DNA of 64,000 nt from Marsupella aquatica (taxonomy: Eukaryota > Plantae > Marchantiophyta): assembly GCA_973895155.1 (NCBI GenBank), contig OZ316891.1, positions 5,303,708 through 5,367,707 of the forward strand, written 5' to 3'. Numbering within the stretch: position 1 is the stretch's first letter; every line of letters begins with the position of its first letter. The translations under genes and the position numbers were made by a program. Below, one piece after another: positions 47,913 to 62,706 of this stretch. The notes under the pieces were generated by a model. The model did no database searches and was not told the DNA's origin. It saw nothing but the letters and a program-made list of their open reading frames with translations.

Positions 47913-50110
47913 AGCCCTTTCTTTCTGTAAAATTCTGGATATCTTCCCCCCGAAGCCTGAAACTCCAAGGCCTGGGATACCAACCGGGGGGCAGGTTCAT
48001 TGTCAGATGTTTTTTTGCCAAACACTTTTGACCTTTCACCTTTGCCCATTTTAATTTTCACGACCTGGGACGGGCTACACCTTTCCAATTTTGATATTCT
48101 ATGCTCGAGAGTGTCAACTCTCTGAGTGAGGAGCGACAGAGACCAATTTTGTGAATCACTCGATCTCTCTAATCACCCCATAGATGATTCACAATGTTAA
48201 CAAAATCTCAAGAGGAAGGCCTCTGGGTCAGAAGCTTGGCCCAAAGGGGGGGACTTCCAGAGCCCAAGGATTAGACAGCCGTCAGACGAGGAATCTGCAC
48301 CCCTGGGCCCTTAGTCTTAACTAATACGTGGAGGATCTGCGAACGCTCGAAGGGTAGTTTTTATTCATTTTGAACTAATAATTATAATTATCACTAGTAA
48401 TAAGGGAACTTTTAATGGTAAAATGGAAATAACAAGGGGTAAACACGAAAAGGGCCCAATCGCAGGGGGGTCCACTTCTTTTACATGGAGTGAGGGCCCA
48501 GGGATCTGCGCTAAGCTGAGCTCTATTGGGTAACTTGAAATCAAGTCTACTTGCTCGATGTACTTCTACGCGATAATCGTGTCCTCCAAAGTTTTAGGAA
48601 AGAGGTGACACAAAAAAACGAGATACATCAGAGCTGAAGATACCATGCAAGTGATTGACAACGTGCACACGATTTTGAAAAGGAAAACTTTTCATTATTC
48701 ACAAAAATAGTTGATGTTGGAAGAGGCATCCCTCAAACCAATGCCATGATGCCAAAACGGAATTCAAAAATCTGTTGAGAAGATGACTCCAACCAAACTA
48801 CCCAAGGATGTTGGCATTGAGATGTGGGTAAGACAATCGCAGAGGAACAGAAGGACCTCAACGCTCTACGCGAGACTAGCGCAGAAAGAGATTTGGGTTT
48901 AGGGTTGATCTACGATCTCACAGTTGCAAGAGGCATTCCTCCAACCAACGTCCAGGTTCCTAAACACCTTTCAGATAAGGAAATCTCCTTTACCAGCTTA
49001 AAGCAGAAACAAAAGTGAGCGAACACAATCTAAATTTTCCGGAGTTGAATATCTACGCGAGACTCGCGTAATCCTCAAAATGCTTCAAAAACTTAAGACT
49101 CTCCCAAATGGCTTCAAATCTTAATCGTTCCACGAAGATGGCATCCACTCATCCGAGTCCGGAGTGGATTCGCGGTAGTCAAGGAATGCTTCCTTTGCCC
49201 AAGCTCGATGGTCCATCGGAGCCCGCCGCTGCTTCTTTCCCTTCCCATAGTAGACATTGACGTTTTCCTTCATGCGTCTTTTGTTGACAGTCTCCCTGGG
49301 CATCTTTCCGGCTTTCCTCGCACCCGATGCCTCCTGCCCCTCCATAGGCGACACGGAATTTCCTCCACGACTAATCTTTGAATCGTCCATTTTTGATTCT
49401 CCAGGTGTCTTACAATCGGGAAAGCCACAGGTATCTCCATCGAGTTCTGACAAGAAAAACCTTTTACATCGACATTAGGCATGAGTAAGAAGTAAAATCA
49501 TCATCTGCTGGAAGAGGAGCGTGATTCTAGTGGCAAAAAATTGCCAGGCTTTTTGTCATCTATTAGCCATGTCTTCTATTAGCAAGTTTCCTAGCCAGTT
49601 CCCCCACCATTAACAGACCCCATACGCCATGATCTGACGGCTATCCTTAAATCTAGGCCTATCTGACGGTCATAAATTATTCCATTAAAACTAGATAAAG
49701 GAATCTTCTTTGCATCTTCTCGTTCACTCAAAACCTGGCGAAGCGAAAAAGAATTATCGTGACACATACTGTAGTCTTATTTCTTACTTGTTCCTCGTAC
49801 AACACGCAATTTCTTTCTCCGTCATCAACTCATCCTGATTCACATCTCCCGCTCTCCCGCACAAAAGCAACTCTGTATCAATCTCCCGAGCTGCCGCTGC
49901 CTGAGAGCGCATTACCTGAGACGAGTGTCCTCTTGCCGAGTGCTCCGGCTGGCTCGCATGGCTGCCTGCCTGGACTCCAATTGGGAAAACTAATGCTCCC
50001 TCAATTGCCGCCGTGCTCTCTGCCTCTTGCAAGCTTCAATGCGAAATTGTCCGGGAGTTCGATGAGTTTCTGGAGGATCTGAAATTTGAAACGCCCGGAA
50101 GCGAGCTTAG

Positions 50111-53100
50111 ATGAGTCACGGAGAAGGTGCCGCGATGGCGCGACTTGTGATGAGAATGAGCGCAATTCGGTGCCTGACGCTGCTGCTGCCTTTCCTGTTA
50201 CTGCTGTTCGTCGAGCATGTTGCGATGGTTGGAGCGCTGAATGTGTCGTACGATCATCGGGCGGTGCTGCTGGATGGGAAGCGCCGGGTGCTCATCTCTG
50301 CTGGAATTCACTACCCCCGCGCCACACCGGAGGTTTGCGATTGTCCATCCAGCCAGACAGCCGGGAATTCATTGCGCTGCTTCGTTTTAGTTTTCTGGTT
50401 TCAGTTTTGTGTTTGTCTGGTCCTGTGTATGTGTTGGGCACCATGGCCGTCACCACCTCAATTTTGTGCGAAATTGAGTTCACCTTCCAACCCTGCGCGC
50501 TCGGTTTCTTCCATCACTTATGCTTTCATTTCACGGAAATTGCGTTAAATGGAATTCTTTCGGGAAATAAGTGGAAGCATTCGACGGATCATATGTGTTG
50601 ATTGGACAAGAAGTTTCTTTGTCTAGACGAAATAGAACAATATCTTACTTGTCTCTGCCCTTTAGAAATCAAGTTCTCGCTCTTCTTGCACATTGACGGA
50701 CTAATATACCTTAATTGGCAAAGTTTTCCTAGGGGGATATGTGGAGAGCATTTGTTGTCATCGTCGTTATTACAGTGACGTAAATTGGGGTCACAATTAA
50801 TATTTACTTTCTCTTTGGATACTCTGTCCTAATCGACACTACAGCCCGGACCATTCTCATCCTGATTGTACCAATTTCATCCCCAGTCCCGTCAACCACC
50901 TCGACTTGGATTGTCCGAAATTGGAGAGGCTCCCCGACGCTTTTGGAAGGCTCTCTTCATGTCAGTACTCATTCTTCGCTGTTGTGAAAACCAAGCTCTT
51001 GCCCGCTGGAAAAAAAAAACAGCCCCCCTTTTACTCATCGTACCGCTGAGGAAATTAATTCGTTGTCCTGAAAGGATTGAACACTCTCCTTTCTTGGCTT
51101 TACTGGGAACACTGGGAATGACTGTGTCCAACGAAACGAGTCTCGGCTTTGGGACTAGCTGTGTCCAACAAAACGAGTCTCGGCTTTAGAGTTGTGTTTC
51201 ATCGACCTGAAGGGATCGAGCTTGCGATTTTGTTGTGAAACCTACTCACCCTGACTGATTGATCTTTAACCAGTGTCGAACACATTGACCGGACGGAATC
51301 GAGCTTGCGATTTTGTTCTGAATACCACTTACCCTGACGGTCATCTTGTGTTATAGATTTCACGATATCAGTTTGGCTGTTATAGCCCTGTTCCGTTGAT
51401 TGGTGAGACCAATCTCGGCTTTATTTGAATTTGAATTGATGTGGTGATGGCAGATGTGGCCTGACCTAGTAGCCAAGGCAAAGGAAGGAGGAGCAAATGT
51501 CATTCAAACATATGTTTTCTGGAGTGGTCACGAGCCTGAGAAGGGCCAGGTACAATTCTGATCTGATCAACTAATCCTTCCTTACGTGTCAAGAAGGCTT
51601 TCGTTGAAAGTATGTAAGGCAGGATATGATCTGCATTATCTGGTTAGATGTTAACAGAAAGGAAACGATGTTGTCGATGTGTTCAGTATAATTTCAAAGA
51701 CAGATACGATCTCGCAAAATTCGTACAAACTGTTGGAGAAGCTGGGCTTTATATGAATCTGCGCATTGGGCCATATGTCTGTGCAGAGTGGAACTTCGGG
51801 TACTTCCTCTGTACCTACCATTTCAGTATTGCTAGTATCTAGTTCAGATTCTGAGCGTAAGTTGATTACTAGTGCTGCAGCTGATGACTGTTCCTTTCAT
51901 ATCCAGTAACCGAGATAATAACTAGGCACATTGAGTAAAAGTTTGAGCTGTTGGTACTTTTTAGAGATTGGGAGTCTATTTGACAGCAGAACTTGGATGC
52001 AGTGGCTTTCCTACGTGGCTTCGCGATGTGCCGGGCATTGAGTTTCGCACCGACAACAAGCCATTTAAGGTGTCCTGATGAGCAAGTGGAGCAATAGAGT
52101 TACTACGTTGCCCTCATGAGCAAGTCCTTTGAGCTAGCGTGTCTTAGTTCTAGACATCCATTTGTGGCTCTTATCATGGTCGTTTGCTATTAGTAGCCTG
52201 GACCCACATCACCGCACACAGAAGACTCATAGGTTTCGATGCAATGTACCGCACTGGCATTCAATTTTTCATCGAAAAGCACTTACGTAAGACTCGTCCA
52301 ATCTGATGCAGGATGAGATGGCCACATTTGTCAAAGTTATCGTTGATTTAATGAAAGAGAAAGAGCTTTTTGCATGGCAAGGTGGCCCCGTCATACTAGC
52401 TCAGGTTTTTCTCTATCCATAGCATGGAGTTTTTGTACACGTGCCGCAGTTGAGAAATGAATTAGAGAGGACAAGACGGCTGTAAGCCGAAAAACTTGGG
52501 TTACGACACAATAACCAGACTCTATATCGTGATGTGAGAGATGTTGTACTAATACTCTTTCGTAATACTTGAAACAAACCTGGTATGAAATTTGGCATCA
52601 TAGAATTGCGGGACTGTCAATCAGTCGTTTATGGGTTTGAAATCTCTTCTAAGTGGTAAAGCATGCACTACTGGCCTTTGCAAGTGTTAGACTGCTCAAT
52701 TTATCTTCGTTGGGAGTTTGGATTCTTATAATTTTTTTCTGGTTTTGATTTTCTGTTGTTCTAGGCTCTTGGACAGTAGTTTATCCATTGATTGACAGAG
52801 CGCTCGTTGCAACTGAACTGGGGAATGTGCCATGTTATTCTGCAGATTGAGAATGAATATGGAAATATCGAGTGGGAGTATGGGGAATCGGGAAAGAAAT
52901 ATGTGAAATGGGCTGCAGAATTCGCAGTGAGCCTACAAACAGGGGTACCATGGATAATGTGCCAGCAGTGGGATGCACCACCAAACATTGTAAGACTTCT
53001 ACCTCTCTTCTATAGCCTCCGTTTGTTTTACGTCCTGGTCTCATAAAACACTTTTAGTTTTGTACAGTTTCGTTCCACTCAAAACAAGACGTTTACAATT

Positions 53101-56100
53101 CTGGCAGAAAGAATAATTCCATCCTTTTTGACAATCAATATCTTTGGCCTTTCTGTTTTCAGATAGAGACCTGTAACGGATACTATTGCGATGGATATAA
53201 GCCAGGCACACCGGGCGGACCAATTATGTGGACTGAAGACTGGAATGGCTGGTACTTTTTGCTTAATAACTGGCTTCTCGATTTTGCAACCAAGTTACTA
53301 GCTTGACAGTATGGTTGATTGAGTACACAAAATGTCTCCCGGACTGAAGTTCGTAGTTCATACCTTTCGTTGGAGTTGGTTCACGATGGACCCTTCACCT
53401 GCGAAAAATTGTTTCTGATATCTTGTATACTTTGTCGTTGATACCAGCGAATTCAGCTCGGGAACTGGACACATCAGTATTAAAAGTGGAATGACATTGT
53501 TACTGTGATTACAAATAGCTGAGTAGTAAAATGAAGGTTTGTCGCAGTCGTTTGGTTCTATGCATTTCATGCGTATGACACAATTTTTTTCTTCTTCTTG
53601 TTTTTCAACAGGTTCAAGAACTGGGGCGGCCACGTGCCACACCGACCTGTTCAAGACAACGCATTTGCTGTGGCTCGTTTCTACCAGCGTGGAGGCAGCT
53701 TTCAGAATTATTACATGGTATTGTTTTATCTTAACTTCTGAAAGTAGAAAATCTGGAAGGATCCTGATATGAGATGCTTGCTTAGTAACGTTGTATCTGG
53801 AGCCGATAGTGCATACCTGCCTAGAAACGTCTAATTTTGTGAATGTTCATACCGTACTGGACTGCGGAATTAATTTCGTTGGAAATTGTGGCAGTATTTT
53901 GGAGGCACAAATTTCGAGCGAACTTCTGGAGGGCCGTATATTACTACAAGCTATGATTATGATGCCCCCCTTGATGAATATGGTAGATATAACCTACTTT
54001 TTCATCTTCCGCTCGAGAATTTTGGAACCTCCAATATCACTTATGTCTCTATTCTATGTGTGTGCTCCGAGTTCATGGCCCCATTTAGAAGCAATGTTTT
54101 TCGCTGTAACTACGTGCAATACTCGTCCGTAGGGTTGCATGGACTTCAAGAGGATGTTGCAACTTTATCAGTACTGATGGTCTGAAGAAACCCCGATGTG
54201 TATCAGATTGTTTGTCTGATTTTAGTGCTGCAAACAATGTGGAAAACAAAACATTACTTCGCATCATGCGCAGGACAAATAAGCCAACCAAAGTGGGGAC
54301 ATCTGAAGGAACTCCATGAAGTTTTGTACCTAGTTGAAGCTGCTCTGTTTGCTTCTGATGCTGAACCGGAGAACTTTTGGTTTGGTTCGAACTTGGAGGT
54401 TCTTACTTTCTCGATTTGATTGTTAGTCTCTTACTGTGGGGCTGCTTTCAGGACCTTCTAGTCTAGAATGACAGATTGTACGTATTAGATAGAAGTTAAC
54501 CGTCACAAGTAACATGTAGTACTCATTTGTACATGCATTTCCTTTGTCTGCCATAATAAATCATTTGATGAGCCAGTAATATCCATTTCTGGAGTTTACT
54601 TTTCTCTCAAGGGTCATTTCGACTTCAGAGCATCTTGCTGAATTAGATTATTTAACTTAAGTATCTGGCTGAATAGTCTTTGTTCTCTGGATCCACAGGC
54701 TCATGTATACTCTGATACATCTCCGGAAGGAGACACATGCGTGGCTTTTTTTGCAAACATCGATAATTGGGCAAGTGCAGTTGTAGACTTCCGTGGTAGG
54801 AAGTATGAATTACCTGCGTGGTCGGTTAGCATTCTACCAGACTGCAAAACTGTGGTGTTTAACACTGCCAAGGTACTCAATTTTCGGAACCCTTGAGTTC
54901 TTGAATTTTTTTTAATGTTAAAACACATGAGATTGAGTACTTTGCTTCTGCAATTTTCTGATCCTTGTTGCAGAAATTGTCCAAGATAAGTGCTTTATTT
55001 TATATTTCTCTCAATGACGATTAATTGTGAACCAATATGTAATCATGACTCTCTAATTGATGAGTTTCCCTGTCACGTGCACACTGCTAGATTGGTGTTC
55101 AAACATCCGTGATCAATATGAAAAAGCATAGGATACCTGAGGGCGGTGGTCAATCGGTTAGTGGGACTGCTCCTAATGGGCTATCTTGGGAGTCACATGA
55201 AGAGCCGGTTGGTGCTAGGGAAGAAGAGGCTATTATAGCCCAGTCTCTACTGGAGCAAATTAAGACAACCAAAGACTTGACAGACTACTTGTGGTATGTC
55301 ACCAGGTAATAGTTTTTGGTTTGATTATCTTGCCACTCTAAATTTAAGCACTGGCACATAATATCGCAAGATGATCCAAACAGCTGCCAACTTATAGTGG
55401 ATTGGTTGCAACCAGATTTGAGGTGTCCAAGGCGGATGCAGATAAGCTGAGCATGGGAAGTGGACAAGTCCACCTTGAACTCCATGAAGTGAGAGATGCA
55501 TTACATATATTTGTCAACGGCGAACTTGCTGGTAATACATAGCTCGTCGTGAATTACAATCCTTTTCATTACGAGCAGTGTGTGCATTACTTGCCTAGCT
55601 GTGCAACGTCTTATTGTGAGTAGGGACAGTGCGAGTTTAATCTCTATTAGGCTCTGTTTTTGTCTACAGGAAGTGCAGCTGGTACATGGATTCATGTGGA
55701 CCAGCCAGTGACTCTACACGAGGGAGCAAATGAAATTGCTCTACTCAGCATGACAGTTGGCTTAACTGTGCGTAGTGAGACTCTTTCGCTGTGGTTTTTT
55801 GAATAAAGTTGGAAGTCCAGATAGGTTTGGGGAGCTGGGTCATGAGTTTGTGATCAAACACAATAAATAGAAGAATATATCTAGAAACAGTTTCTTCTTC
55901 TTTTTCTGATAGTCACCGTCATGCATGAACTGACTTAACGCTGACTGAAATCATCTAAGATCTTATACTGACTGAGAACTCTGACGCACGAAATCAGCAC
56001 TATGGCGCATTCCTCGAGAGAGAAGATGCAGGTATCCGAGGGACGGTGAAAGTTCTTGGACTTCCATCTGGAGACAAAGATCTCACCTCTGCAAAGTGGG

Positions 56101-58062
56101 TGCATCAGGTACTCCTTTCTGTGATTAGTTGAATGCAACTACGCATTTTCGTAGTATCCTACATCTTTTGTTGAATCATTCTACCCAAGCTAAGTTTTTC
56201 CACAGTGTTGATAGTGAAATCTAGTCAGTTTTCTTCTCGGGATTGAAGTACTCTCAATCCACATGTAATCAATTTATCGATTTTATAATATCGCTCATGC
56301 TTTATTACAATTTTACTGCATCGCTATCCAACCCGAATAGGTGGCAAGGTTATTTGTCTAAATAGTCGGCAAATAGTAATCACTAGCCTCGAGGATTTTG
56401 ACAAAGCTTCATGGCACCAGATTTGCAAAGGTCAGAAACATTCTTGATCTACTCCATGCCTGGTCCTCAAAATTATTATTGCGCAGATAGGGTTGAAAGG
56501 AGAAAGCCTGAATCTCTTCACCGGCGTAGGTGCCGCAAGTGTGAAATGGCTTCCATCAAAGGAATTACCCCTGAACAAGCCTCTGATGTGGTACAAGGTA
56601 TCTATGACTTTCTTGACCTGCTTTCCTTGATGGTGCTCGAGCCATGAGCATAAAAGAGTATTTGTTGCAGAACATGTTCCCGGATTAACCCATAATAATA
56701 GGTAGATGGGAGAAGCATAGCTCCTTGATGGTGCTCGAGCCATGAGCATAAAAGAGTATTTGTTGCAGAAAACGTTCCCGGATTAACCCTTAATAACAGG
56801 TAGATGGGAGAATCATAGCAACTAATAGTAACTAAGTGGATAAAGGGAGAGTTTTCATGTCAAGGAAAGATTGCTCAGCACTGACACGAGAATGAATCAA
56901 CTGTGACCTCCACAGACAACATTTCCTACGCCACCTGGACATGATCCAGTTACACTGGATCTGGGTAGCATGGGGAAGGGTCAGCTTTTCGTTAATGGCC
57001 ATCATCTTGGGCGATACTGGCCCACCATGTTTTCACCTGATTCGGGTTGCACTGACGTTTGTGACTACCGAGGAGCTTATTACCCTGAGAAATGTGTCAC
57101 TCAGTGTGGTCAGCCTACCCAGCGATGGTAAGTTCCTTCACTCAAACTGGGTCGATGATTATATATGGTTGGAGTGGCATAGCTTGAAACAACGTGTAGG
57201 AGTTTTAACTTGAGCTTTAACTCGACCTGGAACAGGTATCACATTCCTCGTGAGTGGTTGGAGAAAGATGATGACAACCTCTTAGTTTTATTCGAGGAGA
57301 TGGGAGGAGATCCACTTGCGATATCAATTGCCACACGCTCTCAAGAGACCATCTGTGGACATGTATCGGACTCACATCCCCCTCCTGTGAGTAAGTGGAT
57401 CCAGTCTAGTAAGTTAAGCAATGGGCACCAACAAAAATTGGTTCTGCCAGAAGTGAGGCTGGAGTGTTCCAATGGACGGCAGATATCTCACATTGCGTTC
57501 GCCAGCTTTGGCAATTCTACTGGCACGTGTGGCAATTTTCAAGCAGGAACTTGTCATGCGTCAGTTTCCGCTTCTGTTATTGAGAAGGTAAAGCAACTGC
57601 CAACTTGTGTTAGTTCTCTTTATAACTGATTGAATGGTGACAATTTTCTGGCATGAAACCAAACATCTTCGTGTTAATTTCATGATGTAAAAGATGAGAC
57701 TCAGGTCAAAGAACTGCACATTCAGGTATTCACTAGCGTTTTCTAAATGTTTCTGTGTTCAGGCGTGCAAGGGAAAAACCCGATGTGCAGTACCAGTATC
57801 AACAGAAGAATTTGGTGAAGATCCTTGTCCAGGACATCCAAAAAGTTTGACGGTACAGGCCATATGCAGAGCCTCAGACGAGTCACCTAACGAGAGTTCT
57901 AACGATGATGAATATTTTGCACCTGTAGTCAATACCAACAGATGGCAACGGAGCCCAATTTTGCTGAAAGACAGCAACCGATGGCAAACGGGTCCAAGAT
58001 ATGGTAAGCCCAGCTGGTCAGTCATTTCTGATGGACCAGCGAGTCAATCACGCACCTCATAA
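50111..58062 (+). CDS. BGAL: Beta-galactosidase (GH35) with signal peptide and C-terminal SUEL lectin domain, BGAL9-like; 19 exons, 943 aa
   Basis: Exons 50111-50332, 51454-51549, 51687-51799, 52003-52069, 52312-52404, 52846-52989, 53163-53251, 53612-53717, 53895-53982, 54274-54398, 54699-54872, 55091-55305, 55416-55531, 55670-55767, 55998-56108, 56487-56597, 56916-57127, 57236-57587, 57763-58062 (2832 nt, all GT-AG). Motifs [78 protein letters not shown]. Confidence 0.97.
56624..56819 (+). repeat. 98-bp tandem duplication in BGAL intron 16
   Basis: tccttgatggtgctcgagccatgagc at 56624 and 56722. Confidence 0.9.
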
Positions 58063-61000
58063 AGAAACGAGCTGCGTGATTGACGAGTTGGTCTTTAATC
58101 TACTGCAGATTATGTACTCTACTACATAATTTGGAAGGGCCTGGAACGAGATTTATCATAAGGAGATTTTGAAGGTTTGTACTACAAGGTCATCTCATAG
58201 ACATACTTGCTATTACCAATCAGTTACCGGCGACAAAGAGTACAGGTTATGAGAAGTGTGTATATGTTTCACGGTTTCAAATAAGATCTGCAATATGAGT
58301 ATGGCTTGAAAATTGGTTTGTGAAAGGAAAGAAAGAGATCTAGAAGACTGTTACATAGTGCCCTCTTGGATGAAAGAACTCAATTCTGTAATTTCGGGTA
58401 GAGTATAAAAAAACACATATTACCAGAGAAGAAATTCATATTTAGAAAAGTTATGTTGTGATTTCAATAACAAAACAATGTAATTAGAATAAACCATACT
58501 TTGCCATACAAGGGCTACTTGGAGGACCCAATCGCTACACAATGCTGCATTTTAGGGGCTCATCAACGTGGGATGTTTCAAAGTTCTGCCAAATACACTA
58601 CATGATTTAGTCAGTGATCTCCTAATTCTTGATTTACATTTTAAAGAAAACCTTATTTATCTGATATGTGGACTTTGGTTTTTCATGAATCACATGTAGT
58701 ATATATACTTAGATAGGTACCTAAACAAGTTTTGCATTTAAGGTATGTTTCATGGGCTTCCACTAGGTCCAACCTGGGTATGAATTGCATATTTAATTGA
58801 TCAGGAATATTTAATGTTTTCGATTGCATACCTAAGTGATCACTTTAAGAGAGATAAGCAAGGATGGATGGACGGTTGAATAGATGGGTGGAGATACTGA
58901 ATTTTACCTACCATTCAAAGCTTCTAGGGGCCATAACAAACAGATAAAGTCAAACAGATAAACTCCTCTAGTTGAAACTTACTCATCGTCCAAATTATCT
59001 TCTCAGAAAGCTAAGTAGAACCTACAAGGCCCAGGATACGAAAATGATGTAATTTCAGTGCAAATGGAGAGGTATGCTTAATGGAAAATAATTCCTATTC
59101 TACTATAACCTAGGTCTAAGAGCTTTCCATTTAAGAGACGATTGAATGTGTGCTCTCAATCTTAGACCTTGAAACAAGATTGATGAAACCACTTATTCGC
59201 CTGTGTTTTCTGTCCAAACTCAGAAATATGAGTGGATGGTCCAAGGTGAAGCTTGCTCTGACTTTGCATCAAGGAGTTCACCTGAATACTACAATCTACA
59301 GTAGCATTTCAAGTGAACATGATTTAATACCGAAAGTTACCAACCCTCCTCCAATTGAACTCATTGTATAACACAATTGTTCATAATTATATAACTTTGA
59401 AGACCTATTTTGTAACCCTGAGTTTGTTTTTCGTTCTGTGCAAGTCTCTAAAAGCATTATCATAATTTGCAAACGTTGAAAATGATACAATTTTAGACTT
59501 TGTTTCAACTAAAATGATGCTCCATGGACTCGGCCTTTAGCTGTGGCCCATGTACCAAGGAACCTTTACACGTTCATTTGTGGTCACTTGGAAACAATTT
59601 CAACAGCAAAGTTTGATCTTTGTCATCTCCCTGGATATTCCACAGAATTGGCTCTTCTTGAGCTTGGTCTGCAAAAACCTTTCCAACCAGTCTGATAACT
59701 CTAGTTTTCCTGAAGAATAGAGGGAGTTCGGAATTTCTAAAGATGACTCCATGATCACTTAGTGCCCACACTTCATCAGGATCAGGATTGCCATAAGATC
59801 TGGGAATGTGCAAACCAGGAAATTAGTTTATGGTCAATTCTTTCATGAATTTCCACTTTGTGATATTCAGTGATTTTGCAAAGACTAAGATTTTTTGAAG
59901 ATGGGATATAATGATACTTCTCCTTGATTTTGAGAGAGACTGACCACCTTACACCTTAAACTTTATCTTTTCTTATTAGTTATTGAACTCTAGAAAAACA
60001 AGATGGAGTCACTGACTTGAGGGAGAAAGTTATTAGGAGAATAGGGAGTCTCAAAGCTTCATGGTTAGCGCCCCATTTATCGCACTAACTGTGGGGCATA
60101 CATCATCACTGTGCAAGCCCTGAAAAGCAAGACCAATAGAAACACCATACAACCCTTAGCGCAGACAGCAACAGAGGGAAACACTGGGACAACAACCTAC
60201 TGACCAAAACAAGGGACATCTATGTATTATAGGTTAAGGTCGTCAAGGTGATCTTTCATTTTTAGGGGCTTTAGACTGGTGCCACCTTAGCCTTTTTGGC
60301 CTTGATTATATCTCATCAAAAATAGATCTTATTTATATGGTCCTTGAGATTTTTCCCTTGGGGTATTGGCTGTGCAAGTTACAAATCCAGATTTGAACGG
60401 ACGGTCATGATGCACTTAGGTCTTGGCTAAAGTCTGTTTAATCAGTGTTTCCTTCCTTAAGGAACACCTAAAGACCTGGGCTTATTCCTTTATGGGATAA
60501 AAGGTCTTTATGGGATAAACCCCTGGTCCTTAATCGTATAAGTTACAGTAGTGAACCCGTGCGGATACAAAACTACGAACAAACGTTCAATTGTCATCGA
60601 CCGAAAGAGCGCACTTTCGTCGTTGTCGTCTGTGTGCTCTACTTCAGTGGACGTCATCGCGTCCAATGATCTCATCTTTTCCTCGATCTCCTTCTCTATG
60701 TGTTTCCATGTTTCTTCTTTCATTACTCTTCTTGTAAACCGCAAATTGATCGCTCCGTCGGCCGAGACAGAGTAAGTTGGAAGAATAGTGAGGAAATGAG
60801 AAAGTGAATAAAATTACCATCCTCAGTCTGGAACGAATTTATGCTTCGGTTTTCTCCAGTGAGGAAGAAAGTTGAGCCGAACTGTTCCTGGAAATGGAGA
60901 GTACTTTCGTCCGGAAAGAGGCCGATAAAAGTTGAAAACAACAGAATTTTATTTGGAATTTTGATTACGTTGTTGAGTGAGGGAGAAAGTTGAAGGGAAT

Positions 61001-62462
61001 CATGCCGGAAAACTTAGTTCCGGAAGATTGAATGCCGAGGACTGTACAGCGATGAACAAAGATGAACGGATCTTGTAGAGAGACGGGGAGATAAGTATGT
61101 TCAGTGCTGTCCATCTGTCGTGTTGCTATAGCTGAGCTGGTTATCTGGTAATGAACAAAACAACGTACGCACATCAGCGTCCATCGAGTAATCTCTATCC
61201 ACTCCGTAATGTTTTGCCTCTCAAGATTGTGGAGGAGTCAGAGTCTCAAACGTCAGCTCTCTCCATTACGCTTCAGTCGTTCCGACTCCACGGATGGCGT
61301 GAAAATCGGATGTCTGCTTCATATGCCAGAGCGGTGTACGGTAGAAGCTTTTACTGAACGTTTACGTGACAACATTACTATATAATTAAAATTATGTCGA
61401 GAAGGCGATTACCGTGTACATTGCGGAAAGTGTGGAGGAGGAGGTGCAATAACGATGGCGAGAAGCTCAGCGTACTGACGCCTCGTCAAGAGAGGATTCC
61501 TAGAATGAGGGGTCGACCTATGCTCATTCGAAGTCGTACTCGCGTCCACTGCTCTCCTTTTGCCATGTTACTGGACGGTGTCATGTCTACGATCGTCGCT
61601 CCCTTCCTGCCGCTCCACTTGTTGTAATGATTGCAGCGTTGTTCATGATGGATTGATTGAATTGTGCGATCAACTTCATTTGCCTTCCATTTTTGGATCA
61701 AGCCGTCAAGTGACCGATGATCATCGCTTAGGAAAATGAAAGCTGTTTGTTGCTTGTTGAATTTTCGAATCTTGCTATATTTCGAGTCCACGGATAAAGT
61801 AATGCATCCTCTAAAGGCACTCTCTGGAAAAGGTAATCTGATTTTAAGTACTGGTATCAGATGCTCCCTTGACGATCCCTAGATTGTACCATCAATTACG
61901 CTATGGGAGAGAAGAGAGTAGAGCTGAGACACAGTTTTTCAATAGTTTCAAGAGCTGTGCATTTAATTAGCTGATCTAGATAAATCGTAATGCTCAGTTT
62001 CAACGTAGGACATGCATGGCGGTGGCATCTCTTCGTTGGTGAAGAGATCGTGAAAAGAGGTATGCAGATTGAAGCAGCCGCTACGCAAGAGACTGGGGAG
62101 AGACTGGAGACCTTAGTGGTGCTGAAACTCCAGTTCTTAACTACTACCTTCACAGATTTGCTATCCGGTAGAGATTCTGAGAGCTCTTATTAAGGTCGGT
62201 TCAAAATTAGAGGTCCGTTCCCGAAACAATTCGATGTCAAACACAGGAGTAAGGGACAGAATCTTCAGATCGGCATCGGCACTTTTCGAAATTCTAACAC
62301 AACCCAATCTGCTCTCGGCTGTTGGCGTCTCTTATCTGTTTGTTCGAATCGGCTTTCCAAGAGGACCTTTGATTCATATATTTCTTGCCGGAACGACAAT
62401 TTGCTGGCATAAACTCGACTGAATAGAACCGGCTGTAGCTTTTCTAGTGGCCGCAGTCTAGG

Positions 62463-62706
62463 GACCTCCAGCGGGGTCACCTTTCCCATTCCTGTCTGTC
62501 TATTTCCGCCCTGTACAGCTATTGGCAGAGTTCTGAATGATGGGATATTATTGTGACCTCCAGAGGGGTCACCTTTAATTCCCATTCCTGTCTATTTCCG
62601 CCCTGTACAGCTATTGGCAGAGTTGTGAATGATGGGATAATTGACTGCCCATCCCTGGGTGGCAATGTAAGAAAATTGACTGCCCATCCCGGGATGGCAA
62701 TGTAAG
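62463..62706 (+). repeat. Two adjacent direct duplications (~92-bp and ~35-bp periods)
   Basis: gacctccag.ggggtcaccttt..ctattggcagagtt.tgaatgatgggata twice; attgactgcccatccc..ggcaatgtaag twice. Confidence 0.8.

Noticed and set aside
48000-49700. Possible Helitron end or additional gene (ORF 49121-49453)
   Set aside because: No convincing hairpin-CTRR terminus, TIR or domain could be identified.
55306-55348. Apparent 43-bp intron in BGAL
   Set aside because: That acceptor gives an immediate stop; the acceptor at 55415 keeps the GH35 frame.
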